A model generated the notes under the pieces. It saw only the letters and a list, made by a program, of their open reading frames with translations, had not been told where the DNA came from and ran no database searches. Shown piece by piece: positions 50,479 through 53,321 of a DNA stretch of 53,321 nt. Within the stretch, counting starts at the first letter, position 1, and every line of letters begins with the position of its first letter. The DNA is from Mizuhopecten yessoensis. Taxonomy: Eukaryota. The position numbers were made by a program, and so were the translations under genes. The stretch covers positions 82,395 through 135,715 of the forward strand of contig NW_018404544.1 in the NCBI RefSeq assembly GCF_002113885.1. The letters are read 5' to 3'.

Positions 50479-53107
50479 GTCTGTATTACTCTCTTAGTCT
50501 ATAGGACTGGTAAGCCATGGCACCCTCCTGAATGATAAGATTTCAAAGAAACTTGGTATGTTGCATCCTACTGACTAGAAAAGTATTTTTGTCTTGCCGC
50601 CACAAAGTAGCGGAAGTGAGACTAAGGTGTTGCTTTTCTGGCGACAACAGCGGCAGCGTCAACATTATTTTTTGCGTTTAAGTTAGTTTCACTGAAAGTA
50701 TAAGTACTAGACCACCTAAGCTTGGACCATAGATGCATTTTAGGTAGTACATCTCAACCCATGCATCAAATGCTAGATGCGGCCACCTTTCATGGTCCAT
50801 TGACTTTGTCAGCATCTCCATCAACATTAAGTTTTTGTGTTTAAGTTAGTTTCTCTGAAACTATAAGTGCTACACCAACCAAACTTGACATGTACACTGA
50901 TGGTCAAAGCAGGGCACAGACGAGACATATCAATCCGAATGGCTTGTTTACATTGTGTATAGTGTTAGGATTTTAGGGGGCTGAGGGACAGGGTAATAAG
51001 TGAAATTAGAACATTTAAGCCTTTAAAAACTACTTCTCCTGTAGGATTTCACAACTTTGTACCATTTTTGGTCTGAAACATAAATGGTGTAAAGCAATAC
51101 TATTTTACAAAATGAAGATTGTGCATCACCATTGGTCAGAGGGACAGGGCCAAACATGTGAATTTAGGCCTTTTCTGCTTCAAAATCTTCTCCTCCTCAA
51201 CATAATGGATTGTAGCCATATTTGGTTTGAAAAACAACTGTGGAAAGTTGATTATATTTTATATAAATGAAGATGGCGTGGTCACTTGGGCCAGAGGGGT
51301 TGGGACCCAATTGAAGAGTTTTGGGTGTAAAGATGTACTTTTTAACTTGGATCCACTGTCTATATGTATATTACCATTAACACACATAGGGGGCATGAAG
51401 AGATATAAACATCTTTGACAACAGGGTTGACCCTGGGGTCCCTGATTCATAACTGAGAGACGGTTAAAACCCCCACTCTATAACTCTATATACAACTGCT
51501 AGAAATGAAGACATGAAGACAATTATACTACCAGGATTGTCTCCGGGTGCTGTCCCACCCCTGGAGACTTACTACTTAAGTCACAACATGGAAACAATTG
51601 AAATACCTTCCCTAATACCACATATCCACACAATTGCTGTGCTTGAGGACACAGATATTCTTACTACCAGGAATGGCTCTGGGTTCTGGCCCTGCCCACA
51701 GGGACTTAGTCCCTGAGTCACAACATGGAAACATTTAAGATATCCACCTTATAACAATATATGAAATTGCTGTGCTTGAAAATATGAATACATCCATACT
51801 ACCAATGTCCAGGCCGAGATTTTATCTGGGTCATAACATGGAATCAGTGACGATTCTCAACCTATAACCATATATGCTGTAGGCAAGAAAAGTTCTTGTC
51901 TACTAGGTCTACTAGGATTAGCCCAACCAATAGGGAATTAGTCCCTGGGTCATAACATGGAAACATTTTAAATCCCCACTGTAAACAGTTGTTGAGTATG
52001 CAGAGATAAATATGCATAGCTACCAGGATTTGACCCAAGGTCTTGCATATTTAGATAGTGACTTAGCCCCTGGGTTATAATTTTGAAACGGTGGAGATCC
52101 CCACCTCAAAACCATATATGCAGTGGCTGAGTATGAAAAGTCTAATTCAGACATGCAACAAGGATTGGCCCTCAGACCGTTCCAGACATGTAACCACATT
52201 TACAATCTCTGGGCATGTTAAGATGAACACATGTATGCTACCAGACTTTGCCTGAGGGTCTACTGCCACCCTATGGAATTAGTCCCTGGGTCATAACTTG
52301 GAAACATTTGAGATCCCCACTGGATCAATTTCTGAGCATGGAGATTTTAATACACATTTTTATATTACCAGGGTTGGCTCTGGGTTCTATGAAGCCCTAT
52401 ATCCGTGGAATATTATTTTCGATATTACTTTTAATCAAACACTGTAAAAATTGTTGCTTAAATATCGTTTTATGTCGATGAAACTTGATATTCATGCACG
52501 TTATACAGGCTTATTCAAGTTCGAAGTGGAGCAGAATCTGAGCATAATTAATTAGCATACTGTGCTCTGATTGCTTGACGGTTTCTGTACAATATGACCT
52601 GATTCTGATGGAACTTAGTCAATATTTATATTATACAATGACAAAGGCTATGCTTAAAGGTGAGCAAAACCTGCACATAGTTTATTGGCATACTGCTATC
52701 TGATTGGTCGACGGTTTCCGCACAGTAACTGAATTGTTAAATATGGCGGTATTCTGATGTGACTTAGTGAACTCTGTTATTGATGAATAAACAATAGATA
52801 TATCTCTGATTTTAATATTAATGGTGTAAGATGGTTTGATTATTGGCATTTTCAATTTCTATTTTCTTTATTGGCATTTTCAATTTCTATTTTCATGGGT
52901 TGAAGTATATACAAAAGGAGACATATGAAAATCAATTTTTAAGGGTCATGCATGATACCAGAATATGAAATGTGTTAAATACATTGAGAGATCTAGGGTT
53001 CAGCTGATTGTATCACCCTCGGCCTGAATGTCCCGTGTTCTGATCCTTGTCACTATTATTTAAGAAGTACTGGAAGGTTATTCCTAAAATTTCATGTTTA
53101 TTTATAG

Positions 53108-53289
53108 CAATGGAAGACAAGTGGCCGACAGTTGATTGGTTGTCTGAGTGCTGCGTCAAACATCACAGGGATGCTGGTCGATGTAGATGCAGTAACAGTT
53201 TGTCTTCATCGTCATGGTGCTTTAGCTTTCTGGGACTACGCTACAGCAGCTCCTTATGTCAGGATAGACATGAACCCAGTCAATACCAG
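53108..53289 (+). CDS. Cysteine desulfurase-like gene, exon G (gene continues past window)
   Basis: QWKTSGRQLIGCLSAASNITGMLVDV..LHRHGALAFWDYATAAPYVRIDMNP, with the SNITG motif and PLP-binding Asp region. Confidence 0.92.
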
Positions 53290-53321
53290 GTAGTACATCT
53301 GTCACCACTTACTGTGTTAAT

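Overview
AT-rich, intron-rich animal genomic DNA with two assembly gaps. The repeat types suggest a bivalve mollusc (inference). I reconstructed four spliced genes by hand with GT-AG junctions and consistent phases: the 5' part of a LONRF-family gene (-), a complete 7-exon COMMD5 (-, 220 aa), a complete 3-exon VMA21 (+, 95 aa) head-to-head with COMMD5, and seven 5' coding exons of a class-V aminotransferase/cysteine-desulfurase-like gene (+). Introns and intergenic DNA hold Helentron/HINE-type elements, SINEs, LINE fragments (Tx1/L1-like, CR1/L2-like, Hero-like RLE), MITEs and about 14 minisatellite arrays. Main observation: four unrelated minisatellite arrays start exactly on real exon-intron junctions. 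Each copies the AG|GT splice site 5 to ~68 times into the intron, so every unit reads GT...AG. Two further arrays have the same geometry and predict unannotated exons. Also notable are a miniature LTR element with tRNA-like LTRs and a tandem pair of minimal hammerhead-ribozyme motifs after VMA21. No database searches were run; family names rest on motif recognition.
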